A stretch of 63,171 bases of DNA, counting the filler, from Octopus bimaculoides (taxonomy: Eukaryota), in NCBI RefSeq assembly GCF_001194135.2. It is 7 parts of 7 records of this genome, joined end to end, with 100 filler letters (N's around TTAATTAATTAA, not from the genome) between each part and the next. Parts side by side here need not be neighbours in the genome. Positions count along the whole stretch, not along the records: positions 21,048 to 31,087 come from NC_068988.1; positions 31,188 to 35,906 come from NC_069007.1; positions 36,007 to 49,367 come from NC_068991.1; 4 more parts are not named here. One strand, 5' to 3'. Every line of letters begins with the position of its first letter. Within the stretch, counting starts at the first letter, position 1. The notes beneath the pieces were generated by a model. That model was not told where the DNA came from. It searched no databases and saw only the letters and a list, made by a program, of their open reading frames with translations. This document shows positions 21,880 to 36,350 of the stretch, piece by piece. The position numbers and the translations under genes were made by a program.

Positions 21880-22450
21880 CTGATCTCAGCAATTAGTTGG
21901 TACTTTATTTGATCCCCACCGAAATTCACAGTTAACTACGGCAATATTTGGAGCCAGGACACAAGGAACCGTTAAATGTATTGTGAATCATTTTATCCGG
22001 CGTTTTACAGTACGTTCCACGATCGGAAATAATAATGCTTTCAAATTTTGGCACAAGGTCAGCAATTTTCAGGGAGGGGTAAGTCGATTATGTTTACCCC
22101 TGAAATCACCTGGTGCTTATTTTATCGTCCCAGAAATGATGAAAGGTGAAATTTGAACTCACAATATAGCGACGAGGGAGCTGCCGCTATGAAAACGGTT
22201 CTGCAAGATCGACGCCTTATCATAGGAAATAATAATCGTTCCTGCTATAGGTACATAGCCTAAAATTTGGGCGAGGATGATAGTCGATCACATCGACCCC
22301 AGTACTCAGATGGAAATTTTTTTTTCGATCGCGAAAGGATAAAAGGTAAAGTTGACCTCGGCGAAATTTGAACTACGAACGTGAAAACGGACAAAATGCT
22401 ACCTAGCATTTCGTTCAGTGTGCTAACGACTTCGCCAGCTCGTCACCTTA
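21880..22450 (-). mobile_element. Cluster of three decayed SINE family B fragments
   Basis: Repeated AAATTTGAACT, GTACTTTATT..GATCCC and GCCAGCTCG motifs on the minus strand. Confidence 0.7.
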
Positions 22451-23427
22451 TCATAAGAAATAATAATAACATTAAATTATGAAAAAATATGAGGTGAAAT
22501 TTCCAGTGATTCTTCTATAACGGCAATATGATTAAATGACGCGAATAATTATGTTATTTGATAATATTTGCGTGACACCCTGTCGTACAGAAATAATCAA
22601 ATAAAAATTAAATCGATTTCAACACCTAAATTGCAACAATCTGTTAAGGTTTAGGTTGTTAAGTAATTGTAAGTGTGAATAATGATTTCCAGAACATTGT
22701 ATTCACATGTAGAATTAAGACTGTCAACAATGAACAACGTGTCAGTGCAGATGAATACATAAGGCCTGTCTTCAATACATTTTATATGGCAATGGGGCAC
22801 TTATATGTCGACAGGTGAAATTTGTGCACATGCATCAATGCTACGTATGGAATACATGCATAAATCAATATATATGTCCGACTGTGTGAGTGTGCGTGCA
22901 TGAGCGTGTCAGTGTGTGCGTGAGAGTGTTTGTATTTTCGTGCGTGTTCTTTTTGTATGAATATAGCAGAAAACAAATAACAAAACTATATTTTATTATA
23001 TAACAGCGTACAAAGATACATGCCAAACATTTCCAACCACTTGCGTTAGTTTGACAAAACAGTCTCATACAATTATATAGCTATGTATGTATGTATGTTT
23101 GTACACACACACACACATACATATAAATACTATGTATACATTTATATNNNNNNNNNNNNNNNNNNNNNNNNNNNNNNNNNNNNNNNNATATATGTATTAG
23201 AAAAAAATAATAAGGTACTCAAATATCTGGATGGTTGTACATTTACAATTTTTTATTAATATGTCACATGTTTTTATGAATTAGCACTTGCACCTATTCT
23301 AGTAGATTCTCCAGATTTAATTTGTCTTGAGAGAATTTGTCTCTTTTTATAGCATTATTGAATGTGTAGGGGTGGACAGAGACATATAGGATAGTAAAAG
23401 AGGGTGAGAAATAGGGGGAATTGAGAG

Positions 23428-23509
<82 letters not shown>

Positions 23510-26500
23510 TGTTTGTGCGTGTGTATGTATTAAAGGCTTCGTCAAATGCAACGTTATTTGAACACAGCGTAAAAGAATGAAATTAAATACATCAAATTGT
23601 TCAGTCTGGCTACATTACTGGTCTGTCATTTATCATTCTCATAATTCTTTCATATTCTCGGAATTATTCTCATTTCTTTTGTGAATTAATATTCGTACAC
23701 ATCTTAATATAGATACATACATTACGTACATACACACACACATACATACACACAAATACACACACACACACACAAACACACACACCACAGACAAACACAC
23801 ACCACAGACAAACACACACACACACACACACACACACATATGCACGCGTGTGTGTGCCTATGCATTTATACGCAAGGAGAAAGAGAGATTCATATGCTAT
23901 ATAGTCAATCAACGTCATTTTTACGTATGTATTCAACATTTCCATATACACAGAAATTGAACGAAGATTAAGTCAAACTTACATGAGTTTCATTCTAGCA
24001 TGTTAGTTATAGGGAAATATATTAAAATTGACTGCAATCCCAAACCAAGGCCAACAACACGGAAGAGATTAGGAATTACTGAAGAATTATCAGAGAAATC
24101 ATATTTGTTAGAATAACCTGGAAAAACGCCCAAACACGAATAAGTAAATCTTCTTAATTAGTAAATAGAAAATGACAAACATATTGTGTTGCCATCACAG
24201 CAAATTGGATTGTACGGTATGAAATGTGACAAGCATTGCTTTGAATTTGAATTCGTATTAGTTGACTTTGATGCACAAGAATGCGGAGTGAAAACGAATG
24301 CCGAAGACATTATTAATATTCTAGCATGCTTGAAGATTAGATGTAGGCAGGCAAAACACTTTGAAATAAACGACGTAATTGACGTCCTTGTTATATAATG
24401 ATTTCCAGGAATCCGATTTGTATAGTGAATTTAATGCTATAGTAATGAACAGATTTCACATCATACACTGATTACAGAAAGGAAGTTCCTGACAAGAAAT
24501 AACTTTAATCAAGACATCTTGCTATGTCGACATAATTGCATTTATTATTGATTTGTTTTCTTCTTATAAACATTGGACTGGAATGCAGTAATAGTAAAAT
24601 ATTCAGCGTAGAATACAGTGGCGGAATAAGTAATGTAAAAGGTAGTGTGTTTTGTTATATTGAGTTATCAGTTGGTTTATATCGACTTCGAACACTATGG
24701 AGAGTTATCTTTAATTTTCAGTTTCTGTATCTTTATAGAAAGTAAAACTGCTGCACTGAGGTCGATATAATAGACACTGCCGACTCCTACAAATTTACAA
24801 ACATGCCTGCTTGTTTTTTTTTTTCTTTTGTTTCTATTTTGCGTTCCCCATTTGAAAAGTGTTTGCTTTTGAGACAATTCGTCATGCATATGTACAAACA
24901 AAATTATAGGATGTGTTTGGGTGTGTGTGTATTTGTACATGTGTGCATGTGTGTACCATGCTAGCAGATACTAGAGATGGATAATTGTGATATGACAACA
25001 GAAATTAGAAAAAACAAATTGTTATATTCAGTAGTAAACTTAGAAGCATGTGGACACCCAGCTCTGTGTCTTCTATGCGTATATACCAAAAAGATCGTGC
25101 CCGCTAAAGCGTACTTGTTAGTTCAAAGTGTCAATGACGGAAATAAACTATTGTATGCCATAATGATTTGTGTTTAATTTCTCCACTTACACATTCACAT
25201 CTTGAATACCATTAAGATTATCGTTATGTTTCCTCCATTCGTGGTCGATAAATTGTTCCGACCAACACATAAAGGTGTTATAATGTTTTGTTTTCTTCCT
25301 ACTACGAATATGTTAGAAGTGTGTATTGTGCTTAACATAGAAAGATAGGTCATATGCTTCCTGTTAGAGCAAAATTTATAACTATAAAACGTCAGCAATG
25401 TATATAATATATATATCTTTTACTTCCATTAACCGGAACTGAAATTCATGAACATCAGAATTCTTATTTCTACTTTTGAAGAGACTATGGTTAAATGTAT
25501 GCAGTAAATTGTATATACTAAATTGTATAGAGTAAATTGTATACAGTAAATTGTATACCGTGAAGGGGAATCTGCGATTTATATGAAAAAGGACAATGTC
25601 ATATAGTTTAGTGAATTCTTCATAACAAAATAGTCAAAATAATTCACTCGTCCGTATTTTAATGACAAAGTAAGTTTTGTATTTAGATTTACATCATAAA
25701 AATACCACACGCCCGTTATCCTATACTCTACCTTTGTCCTAATGAGTAACCTTGGAATAACTAAGAAATAACAATATTTACATGCGTAACTTGTCTTCAT
25801 GTAAAAGAACAGTTAAAAGTTTCGTTGTCCGTTTGATGTATTTTACTTTTTCATTACGTGTAACAGTAGAAAATACAAATTGATCTGATATATTAGTCGG
25901 CAGTTCTAATACGAGGAGTGTAATCTCCAGTCTTCTATTTGCATTACTATCTTTCATTTTTTGTCGATACTTTCTAGTATCTCAGTGACCAGTTCTAAGC
26001 ATAGCTGTTTTCGCGTGAGTTGTAATACTAATGAATGTTGGTATGAGTGTAAACTTGGCGTAAGTTACAAAAGTCGCGAAATAAATGTGAGTGTCTAAGC
26101 AGTTGGGCTTAATGACAATGAAAACACTGAAATGCATGTTTTGAAAAGCAGGTCTTGAAATATGTTAAATTATTTAACCATTCAATGTTTATATAGTGCT
26201 GCTGTTATGCTGTGTGTGATCACATGACTATCTATTCTAAAATATGGATCAAAACGACTGCTATTGTGCTTTTTCTTGTGGATTATGAGACTCTCAGTTG
26301 TAGAATACACATCACTGCCTATTCTTCTGCAGCGATTTACCTTTATTCAGCAACATACAAAGGTATATGATTCCATATAGCATAATTAATTTTATAAAGA
26401 AGAATTAAGGAGAATTCGCAAAAAAAAAAGGACGAAGACAGGTCGTGTAGACAACAAACAGATGTTTTAGTTTAACGCTCGGGAAAATGAGAGAAAATAA

Positions 26501-27799
26501 AGAATGTGTAGTGGCTATCAATCTTGCAATTGCGGCTGAACCAGCCGAAATTGCAATGATAATCTGAAACTCGACTGAGAAAAGAAAACTTCGAATGACC
26601 CGTCCGTGTTTTTTCTTGTCCCTTTTTTGTATCGTCTGTTTGAATGTTTTGCGTTTTTGTGCCATTTTTTGTATTCATTTTTATATACATATGGCGGCGT
26701 ACGTACGCTTTGGTCCCTAACATGTAAGTACATATGTGTGTGTATGTGTGTGCGTGTGTGTGTGTGTGTGTATGTGTGTGTGTGTGTATAAAAGCACGTG
26801 TGCGTGTTCTTGTATCTGTTTATGCGTACTACAACTACTTGACAAACGCTGTTGGTGTGTTTACGCCACAGTAATTTAGCTGTTCGGCTGATAGAATGAC
26901 TCAAAGGATTAACTATTGTCATCACCAATCAAAATATGCGTCTAGAGATGGATAAGATGTCATCGAAACTCTTTACGCAAAGTGACAACATCATTAAGTC
27001 ACTCAGAGAAGATGCGAGTATATTTGAGAATAAAGGAGTAAAAATTGCCGACTGTGAAGGGAATTTGTTACAAAAATTTTAAGACATACATTCGTAGATA
27101 TGACCAATCGAGTTGTATGTCATAAATCCTTATATACTGGTATATTTGGATTAACGAAGCTGACTTCAGGCTTCTTTATTTAATTTACTTTCAACTCCAG
27201 ATATTTTAAAGAATCTACAAGCAAAAGTATAAAGGGGAATGATTCTGATGAGCGTTATACTTAATGGAGTGTTACAAATATTAGATAGATTACACATCAC
27301 ATAACGAAGAAGATTCTGATTCAGAATGAATAAATCACATCACAGCAATGAACCTCGAGAGCATTTCATTATTTATTGCAGGGAACCTATCAAACCGTTT
27401 CATTGATAATTATCTCTTAATTCCCTATATATCCTCTGAATGTAATATATTATAATCGTTATTCAGTTCTTCGATTCACCTCAAGCAACACATACTTTAC
27501 GGATTGTACTGGGCAATTATCAATGTAATAAACTATTATTTAGCATTATGCAACTTTATGTGATCAATTTGAAAGCTTATAAGACATAGTTTTGCAAGCT
27601 ATGGAACACGAGATACGTACTCGAATAATATTAAATTATATTTAAAAGTGTATATATGCCTATGTGTGCGTGTATATGTGTTTGCGTGTGTCTTATATGT
27701 GTGTGTGTGGGAGCGTGTGTCTTATGTGTCTGCGCGTGTGTCTTATATGTGTGGTGTCAGAGAGTACATATGTATGTCTACATATATTTACACACATAA

Positions 27800-29150
27800 A
27801 ACCATGTGGTAAAAGCTTGATTTTCAACCACATGGTTCCAGGTTCTGTCCTAGTGCATGGAATTGTGGGCAGATGCTTTCTACTATATCCTCGAATCGAC
27901 CAAATCCCGTCGTGTACATATTTAAGAGTGTGTGTATCTGTATGTATATGTGTATGTGCGCATGTGTGTATGCATGTGCGTGTGTGTGTGTATGCATGTG
28001 TGTGTCTTGTGTCTGTCCACCACGACCGCCGCTTACCAAATGGTGTTGGTGTGTTTACGTCACCGTAACTTGGGGATCGGTTAAAGAGACTGATAGAAAG
28101 AGTATATATATGTGAAAAAGAGTTTGGTGTCGTTTCATTTGACTAAAATTTTATCCTAGCATGGGCACAATCAAATGACTGAAATAAGCAAAAAAAAAAA
28201 AATTATGAAAGGAAAGATATATATATACATACATACATACATATATATATATATATGAAAATACACACATGTTCTTTTATTCTTTTATTCTTTCATTTGT
28301 TTTAGTCATTTGACCGCAGCTATGCTGGAGTACTACCTTAAAGGGTTTTGGTCGAAGAAATTGTCTCCTAGACTTGTTCTTTGTAAGCCTTGTACTGATT
28401 CTACTGGTCACCTTTGTTGAACCACTAATTTACGGGGACGTAAACACACCAACATTAATTATCAAGAAATGGTAAAGTGGCAAACACTGACACAAACACA
28501 CACATATAAATCTATACATATATATATATATTTGACGATAAGCAACAAAAATTCAATAGGTTACAGCAGTACGTACGTTTCGTACAAGCTCCATTTATTC
28601 ATGTAGTGAGAACACCACAGAATGTACAATGAAAATGTACTCCTCAGCTGCATAATGGAATTTCATTTTAGAAAGACATTTTGAAGATGTTTGCAAAAAA
28701 CAAGAGTAAGAGAAGAAAACATACCGCCTCGATTATGCTGCTGTTCAACAGCACATGGTTCCGGGTTCAGTCCTAGTGCATGGAACTGTGGGAAGATGCT
28801 TTCTACTATATCCTCGGATCGACCAAATCCCGTCGTGTACTTATTTAAGAGTGTGTGTATCTGTATGTATGTGTGTATGTGCGTGTGTGTGCGTATGTAT
28901 GCATGTGTGTGTCTTGTGTCTGTCCACTACGACCACCGCTTACCTTTTAAGTACCACATTTAATCTTTTGATCAAATCTATATTATTATTCATATATATA
29001 TATATGCGATAGGCATCTTTCAGTTTCCGTCTACTATCTCCACTCACAAGGTTTTGGTCGGCCCAAGGCAATAATAGCAAACATTTTACCAAGTTGCTAC
29101 GCAGTGGGACTCAGATCAGAAACATGTGGTTAGGATGCGACCTTCTTACC
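27800..29150. mobile_element. Cluster of SINE family A copies in both orientations
   Basis: Plus copies at about 27800-28190 and 28750-28945. Minus copies at about 28290-28500 and 29010-29150. Confidence 0.8.
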
Positions 29151-30478
29151 ACAAAATATATATACATATAAATTATAGATTTTATTACAATACAATAGTG
29201 TTATTTTCAAACGAAATAAAGCACAGTAAATGTAGAATAATAAATAGAAAATAGTGGCACAACAAGGCACCAATCTTTGATGGAAATAATAGTTGATAAC
29301 CGTACGAGGCTATGTAAAACTTCGCTGAATATATAGAGGCAACTATGTGTGCGGACCGCGAACATTAAAAAAAAATTAATATTTCCTCTAGGTAGAACGC
29401 CGAAGAAATGGACATCCTAGAATGTATAACCTACTACTCGAGTTTCTGACTTCCCAGAATACGTTTGTTATCGTAAATCTGGTTAGTTTTCTTCAGTTAA
29501 GTTCACCTAATACGAAATTTAAAATATCTGCTACATCAACGCTTGTATATCCGGCGGATACCCCCAGGCATAAAGAGAAGTGAGATCAACGAAAAAGGTT
29601 CATATAAAACTATAGATACACTCACACACAGACACACACACATGCATACACACACATATATATGCATATATGCATATCAGGCATTGGATGAGTTTTGGCA
29701 CTAACTTTCCGCGATTACTTTTTTAAATATTTTCGTTCCTAGGATCTAATATATTCTCGCTTGTTGTCTGTTTAGCCTCACTTACATTTAATGTAATGAG
29801 GTATATTTATTCTTCTATCCTAAGCATTATTCAGGCTTATTATTGAAATGCTTTTAGACATATATCATTTTAAAATGATGTTATATAATTTAGAGATTAT
29901 TAATGGCAAAAACTTGTTCACTGTCTATTTCACCCAGAAAGACCTAAAAATCTATACATACAAATTTCATATTGACGGTTGTTATTTTCTCCTAGTAATC
30001 TCATGAGATTTGGCGACAACCATTCTCTCCTTCCTAGAGAATGCTTAGGATACTTTCTAAGAAAACGGTGATTGTGGTAAAAAAAACGTGATAGAAATTC
30101 ATAAAAGCATTTTCCTTGCCGCTGTTCTAACTGGTTTTCTTTCCTGTATTGGTTTTGTCAGACATCAAAGAAATTGTATAAGATGTGAACAAACCTCTTC
30201 AAGAATTGTCTTTCGTGAAGCTAAGTCGTTATACCAATATTAAACACACATACACATACACCTGCATAAGTGCCAGTATATACACACAGATATATACTCA
30301 TTCACACAATTCGCACATTACATCCCTTGTGCTTCTTTGCTTTTTCACTTAAGGCACGTAGCTCTTATTTCTAGCAACGTAGATGATACCCTGCACTGTC
30401 AGTCACAATTAGTGCCTGAACTTTTCGTTTTTTGTTTTATATTGCTTATACCTGCCTTCGTTATTATATGTGTATATA

Positions 30479-30530
<52 letters not shown>

Positions 30531-31217
30531 TATTGATATCCAGATGGCCGAAAGTGGCAGATAACACTATATAAGTGCAATGGAAGGACCGTAGTTAAAC
30601 TCTCGTTTCGATAATGATACGAATGAGGAGTCCGATGCGGGTCTTGTATGAGTATATATATGTTAAATAAAATGAGACAACAAACCTAAGACTCTGGATC
30701 TTCAGGACATTTATACAGCTATTTCTGGGATATAATGCAAACGAAAGACGGGAGATGGAATGCACGAGAATTTATTATTAATCGCGACTATTGTTTAGGG
30801 ACATCTAGCATCGATCCCTTACGGGCGAGACACTCTGATACTGGACCATTCATGAGTATCCAGTGGTGCTAATGTATCTCATCGGATAAATAGACATAAC
30901 TCGTAAAAATAACAATTCCGGTATGTAACTTTCCGTTTTGTAGAAAGAAAAGCAGCCAGATGGAGGAAATAACCATATGTATATATGTACACACGCGCAC
31001 ACACACGCACATGTATTATGTATGTATGTATGTATGTATGTATGTATATATATATATACATATAAATATATATATATATATATATATNNNNNNNNNNNNN
31101 NNNNNNNNNNNNNNNNNNNNNNNNNNNNNNNTTAATTAATTAANNNNNNNNNNNNNNNNNNNNNNNNNNNNNNNNNNNNNNNNNNNNAAAGAGAGAGAGA
31201 GAGAGATACACACACAC

Positions 31218-31500
31218 GGTTTTTCGAGTGAGATCGTTGCCGGTGCCCCTGGACTGGCTCTTGTGCGGGTGGCACATAAAAGACACCATTTCGAGCGTGG
31301 CCGTTTTCGTGCGGGTGACACGTAAAAGCACCCACTACACTCTCTGAGTGGTTGGCGTTAGGAAGGGCATCCAGCTGTAGAAACTCTGCCAAATTAGATT
31401 GGAGCCTGGTGTTGCCATCCGGTTTCACCAGTCCTCAGTCAAATCGTCCAACCCATGCTAGCATGGAATGCGGACGTTAAACGATGATGATGATGATGAT
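31218..31500 (+). mobile_element. Family C repeat (RTE-type 3' tail ending in (GAT)n), young copy
   Basis: GGTTGGCGTTAGGAAGGGCATCCAGC..GGACGTTAAAC(GAT)n. Near-identical minus copies at 43171, 47415 and 49127; diverged copies at 32046, 33225, 37610 and 44225. Confidence 0.85.
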
Positions 31501-32043
31501 GACAGACATATATGTGTGTGTGTGTATATGTATATATACACCCCCCATACATCCACATTTACATACATACATACATGCATACATACATACCATATATACA
31601 AACATAACTATATTAACCAATGAGTTCTTCACTCTTTAAAGCAAAACCATATAATTTGATGGCAAGTCTGCTGCTATTTCTAGCAAATCGAGAGCAACCA
31701 TGTCAGTACGTTCCACTTTTACCTGTTGTTGTATAACCCCAGATTTACTAATGGTTATTAAAGATTCCCTTTTTCTTCAAGACGGAAGTTCTAATTGATG
31801 ACTAATCTTGTATTTCTCAAAGGAAAGGGAGCTATGAGAACAGAAAAAGGGAATTCATTCAAATTGCCGTGTTTGGTAAAGTTAGGATAGCTTCCAACTT
31901 TTTCTCAAAAGTTGTTTTGCCATAGGCTGTTGTTGGGTGGTGGAGGAGCAGATTTGCATTTCAAAAATATGGGTAATATGATTCTGAAGAAAAAATAATA
32001 AAATTCTTTTCAAAATTTTAATTCTTTTTCAAAAATTTCAATT

Positions 32044-32082
<39 letters not shown>

Positions 32083-32800
32083 GTTTAACGTCCCCTTTCC
32101 ATGCTAGCATGGGTTGGACGATTTGACTGAGGACTAGTAAGCCAGAAGGCTGCACCAGGTTCCAATCTGATTTGGCAGAGTTTCTACAGCTGGATGCCCT
32201 TCCTAACGCCAACCACTCCGAGAGTGTAGAGGGTGCTTTTACGTGCCGCCGGCACGAGGGCCAGTCAGGCGGTACTGGCAACGGCCACGCTCAAGTGATG
32301 TTTTTTACATGTCACCTGCATAGGAGCCAGTCCAGCGACACTGACAACAACCTCGCTCGAATTATTTTTTGTTTTCAAAATTTCATTTTTTTACTGCTGT
32401 GGCCAATGTGTAGTCATTGGTGATTCATAATCGTGGTTGATGCCTAGTTGTGGCTGATGCTGTTTTCACATACCTGGCATTCCTGCCAGTGGCATGTCAA
32501 AAACACTCTTCATGCATGGGTCCTCATGGAGGCAAATGATAAATAACCGATATGCTGTGCTTGAGAAGACCCGTCAAGCCAAGGGAAATTGTACCTGTGG
32601 GTGATGCTGGTGTCACATACCTGGCACCTGTGCCAGTGGATCATAAAAAAACACCCATTACACTCTTGGAGTGGTTGGCATTAGGAAGGGCGTCCAACAC
32701 AAGTGCTTTTTATCTGGAACCAGCACAGGGCCCTTGCTGGCCAATCCACTTCATCAGAAGGAACAGCCTTAACTCTTCTGTGGAGAAGAATGCCTATTTA

Positions 32801-33161
32801 TTACTCCCTGCCTTAGCGAAGGCAGAGATATTGTTTTTAGTCATGTTTGTCTGTCCATGGACAAGATATCTCAAGAACCGCTGGACGGATTCAGATGAAA
32901 CTTTCAGAGATGTCTGGCCTCGTGACTGGCACAAACTGATTAGAGTTTGGGATTGAACCAGTACCAGACAAGGATTCTGGATTATTTTTCCAATATTTTT
33001 TACTTAATTTTTGAGAGCAGTCAGATTCATTTTTCATATTCTCATTTGTGAGAGCAGTTGAGTTTATTTCAGATATTCTCATTTCAAAAATCCTTACTGG
33101 CTAATCGTTGAGAGGACGTTAATGTTGCCTCGGCATTAGCTTGCACTCTCTGAGTGCTCTT
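32801..33161 (+). mobile_element. Non-autonomous Helentron-associated (HINE/DINE-like) element
   Basis: 5' hairpin CTGCCTT-AGCG-AAGGCAG and 3' stem-loop GCACTC-TCT-GAGTGC, with TT flanks. A related 3' half lies at about 37988-38117. Confidence 0.65.
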
Positions 33162-34969
33162 GCTGACATTGTCTTCAATTAATCCTGCCTCATCTCTTAG
33201 CTTTCAGATTTTGATGATGATGGTCATCATCATCATCATTTAATGTCCATTGTCCATGTTGGCATGGGTTGGACAGTTTGACCATAGTTGGCAAGCTGGG
33301 GAGCTGCACCAGATTCCAGTCTGATTTGGCAGGGTTTCTACAGCTGGATGCCCTTCCTAACACCAACCACTTTACAGTGTGTGCTGGGTGCTTTTTACGT
33401 GGCACCACACAACCGCTTTTACGTAGCATTACCCCAACTGCTTTACATCACTGACGTGATTGGTCTTAACACTTCTGCTGTGGAGCATGGGTTTTCTTGA
33501 CTACAGCCAGGTGTCAGGTGGCTTGGTCTTTTGTCATCTCACTTGATGGTATATTTTTAAATGATTAAATGACATTGTAGAGTAGGTGTGAAAAGCCAGA
33601 TCAGGCCATTTTGAACATAAAACAGGGAGAGTATTTGGGCCGGATATAGCCGGTTTGAATACTAGATTGTTAAGTGGCCACCTTTTTGAAATTCAAGATC
33701 CCTGCTCATGATTTTCAGAAATGGTTTTCCTCACACAGACACACATGTAGCCTTAATGTATTTTTTCCAACTCTTTACATTGTGAGTTCAAATCCCATTA
33801 GTATCAACTCAGCATTTCATCCTTTTCTTCATCGGACATTCCTTGTTTTAGTCTTAGGACTCACGGGGCTAGTGACCTAATTTCCATAGCATCTAAAGGA
33901 CCAAGATCATAACAGTCCCCCTGAATGGAATGCCCGTCCATCACAAGACTACCTATTTACAGCTGAGTGGACTGGACCAATGTGAAATGAAGTATGTTGT
34001 TCAAGAACACAATGCCTTGACCAGTCTAGGAATCAAGACTGTGGCCTTACAATCATGGGTGCAAACCCCTGACCAGAAGGTCATGCACCTTCAACCTCTC
34101 ACAGAAAATGAAATAACAATCCAGATTAATAGATTAGTAGAAGGAGGAGCAGGAGCAAGAAGAGGAGGGGGAGGGGGAGGGGAGGAGGAGACTCCTGCTG
34201 GTTCATATAAAAAAAAATTGTTCAGACCACTGCCCATGATTGAAACTTTCAATGGGCAGGCAGATGGCTGGTTGTGGTGGTGGTGGTGATGGTGGTGGTG
34301 ATGGTGGTAGTGGTAGTGGTAGCTATGGTGATGGTGGTGGTGATAGTGGTGGCAATACAATGGTAAAACTAGGCAATGTTTGAATTAATTCTACCACCCA
34401 GGGGCTGCAACACCAACTCAACTAAAAACCAAACACTACATCATCATCATCATCATCATCCTCATCATCATCATCCTCATCATCATCATCCTCATCATCA
34501 TCATCCTCATCATCATTATCCTCATCATCATCAACCACATCAATCCCACATGCAGTAGAGTGTCTCAAAGGTCACGGACAGACGGATAGACACTGTTCTT
34601 TCATGGCAAATAAGTTACAAAAAATGAAAAGAAAAACACAAAAACAAGAACAAAACAAAACAAACCAAGTTAACGAGGATCCGGAGAGTGGAGGGGAGGG
34701 GGGATTAAAATAAATCCCAGTTCATTTATAAATATCTTAAAAATCAATTAAATCTATTATAGTCATCCCTTGTAATTAGCAGAAAAAAACAAAAACAGGA
34801 AAAATAAACAAGAAGGAAAATAAAATATAATGTAAATATATAAAATAAATAGAATTGGTTTTTTCTCATTGTCAAAGAAATTCTTTGGGTTTCATTTTTG
34901 TTATTTCTGGTTTTTGTTTTGGATTTCCGTAAAAACCTTCCTGTTTTTTGTCTCTTTATTTTGTTGTTG

Positions 34970-35009
<40 letters not shown>

Positions 35010-36006
35010 GTGCGTGTGCGCGCGTGTGTGTGTGTTTGTCCATCCAACTGTAAGTGTGTGTAACAAATGTTATGCTGTTTTATATCTTATTGTTTTATAT
35101 ATATATATGTGTACATATGTGTGTGTTAGTAAATTAATTACATATGGTTATGTTTTATGCACACACACAAACACACATATAACTACATAACTACATACAT
35201 GTACAGTTATATGTGTGTATATAAGTATATATATGTACACACACATATATGTATGTAGCTATATATATATGTCTACATAAAGCCATATATATATATATAT
35301 ATTATGTATACATGTGTGTGTGTATATATGTGTGTGTTTATGTGTGTGTGAGTGTATGCATCTGTGTGTGTGTGTATGTGTGCATCTGTGTGCGTGTATA
35401 TGTGCATCTGTGTGAGTGTATGTGTGCATCTGTGTGTGTGTATGTATGTGTGCATCTGTGTGTGTGTATGTACGTGTGCATCTGTGTGTGTGTGTGTTTG
35501 CCTCTTTCTTTGTGCATGTATGTGTGTGTGTATGTGTGTGCATCTGTGTGTATGTGTGCATCTGTGTGTGTGTGTGTGTTTGCCTCTTTCTTTATCTCCT
35601 CCCTGTTGCGGATTAGCGAACACATGACGATCTAAGTGGATTAAGGCTAACTCAAGCTGTATCAACATAGTCAACCTCTGGTGGCAATGTCCTAACATCA
35701 TCACCATCATCACCACCACCCACTTAAACACCTGTATGCAGGTGTGTGCATAAAGACATACATACATACATGCATACGTACATATATATATGTATATATG
35801 CATGTAGACAAATCAAAATTGAATAATATAACAGGAAAAAACAAAAATCATCGATTGGACGTACACAGTGAATATGTTAGATTCGTGCTCACATATACGT
35901 ACATATNNNNNNNNNNNNNNNNNNNNNNNNNNNNNNNNNNNNNNNNNNNNTTAATTAATTAANNNNNNNNNNNNNNNNNNNNNNNNNNNNNNNNNNNNNN
36001 NNNNNN

Positions 36007-36350
36007 GTACATTCTTCGCCAGGGTAGGTTTTGGCATTTATAAGCCGCCCTCTTTCCCTATTTCTGGCGAGGATGTAGTCGATTTGGCTAGAGTGTCTGC
36101 CGGAGCGGTAGGTGACTAGGTGACTGGCAGGTTTCCTGAAGTTGGTATTGCAGACCATAAGATTGGTTGCATCACAGAACTCCAGCAGTCTGGTTCCCTC
36201 CTCGTTGCGGGAACCGAAGCCATAGCCTCCATGTATGCCATGGAAGCCCCCAGCACGACGTCCGACATGACCGTTGAAGTCTCCAGCCACAAAGAGAAGG
36301 TCCCTGTCACTCGTCGACGGCCATTTTCCAGAAAGTTCTCTCCACTTTCC
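36007..36350 (-). mobile_element. RTE LINE apurinic-type endonuclease fragment
   Basis: LFVAGDFNGHVG..HGGYGFGSRNEEGTRLLEFCDATNLMVCNTNFRK..TYRSG..SQIDYIL. Stop-free and running into a gap. Confidence 0.92.

Noticed and set aside
24186-24398. 70-aa ORF in unique sequence
   Set aside because: It starts at TTG, has no recognisable domain or splice context, and is within chance length.
34376-34558. His/Pro-rich ORF
   Set aside because: It is a translation of a (CAT)n microsatellite with a 15-bp CCT periodicity.
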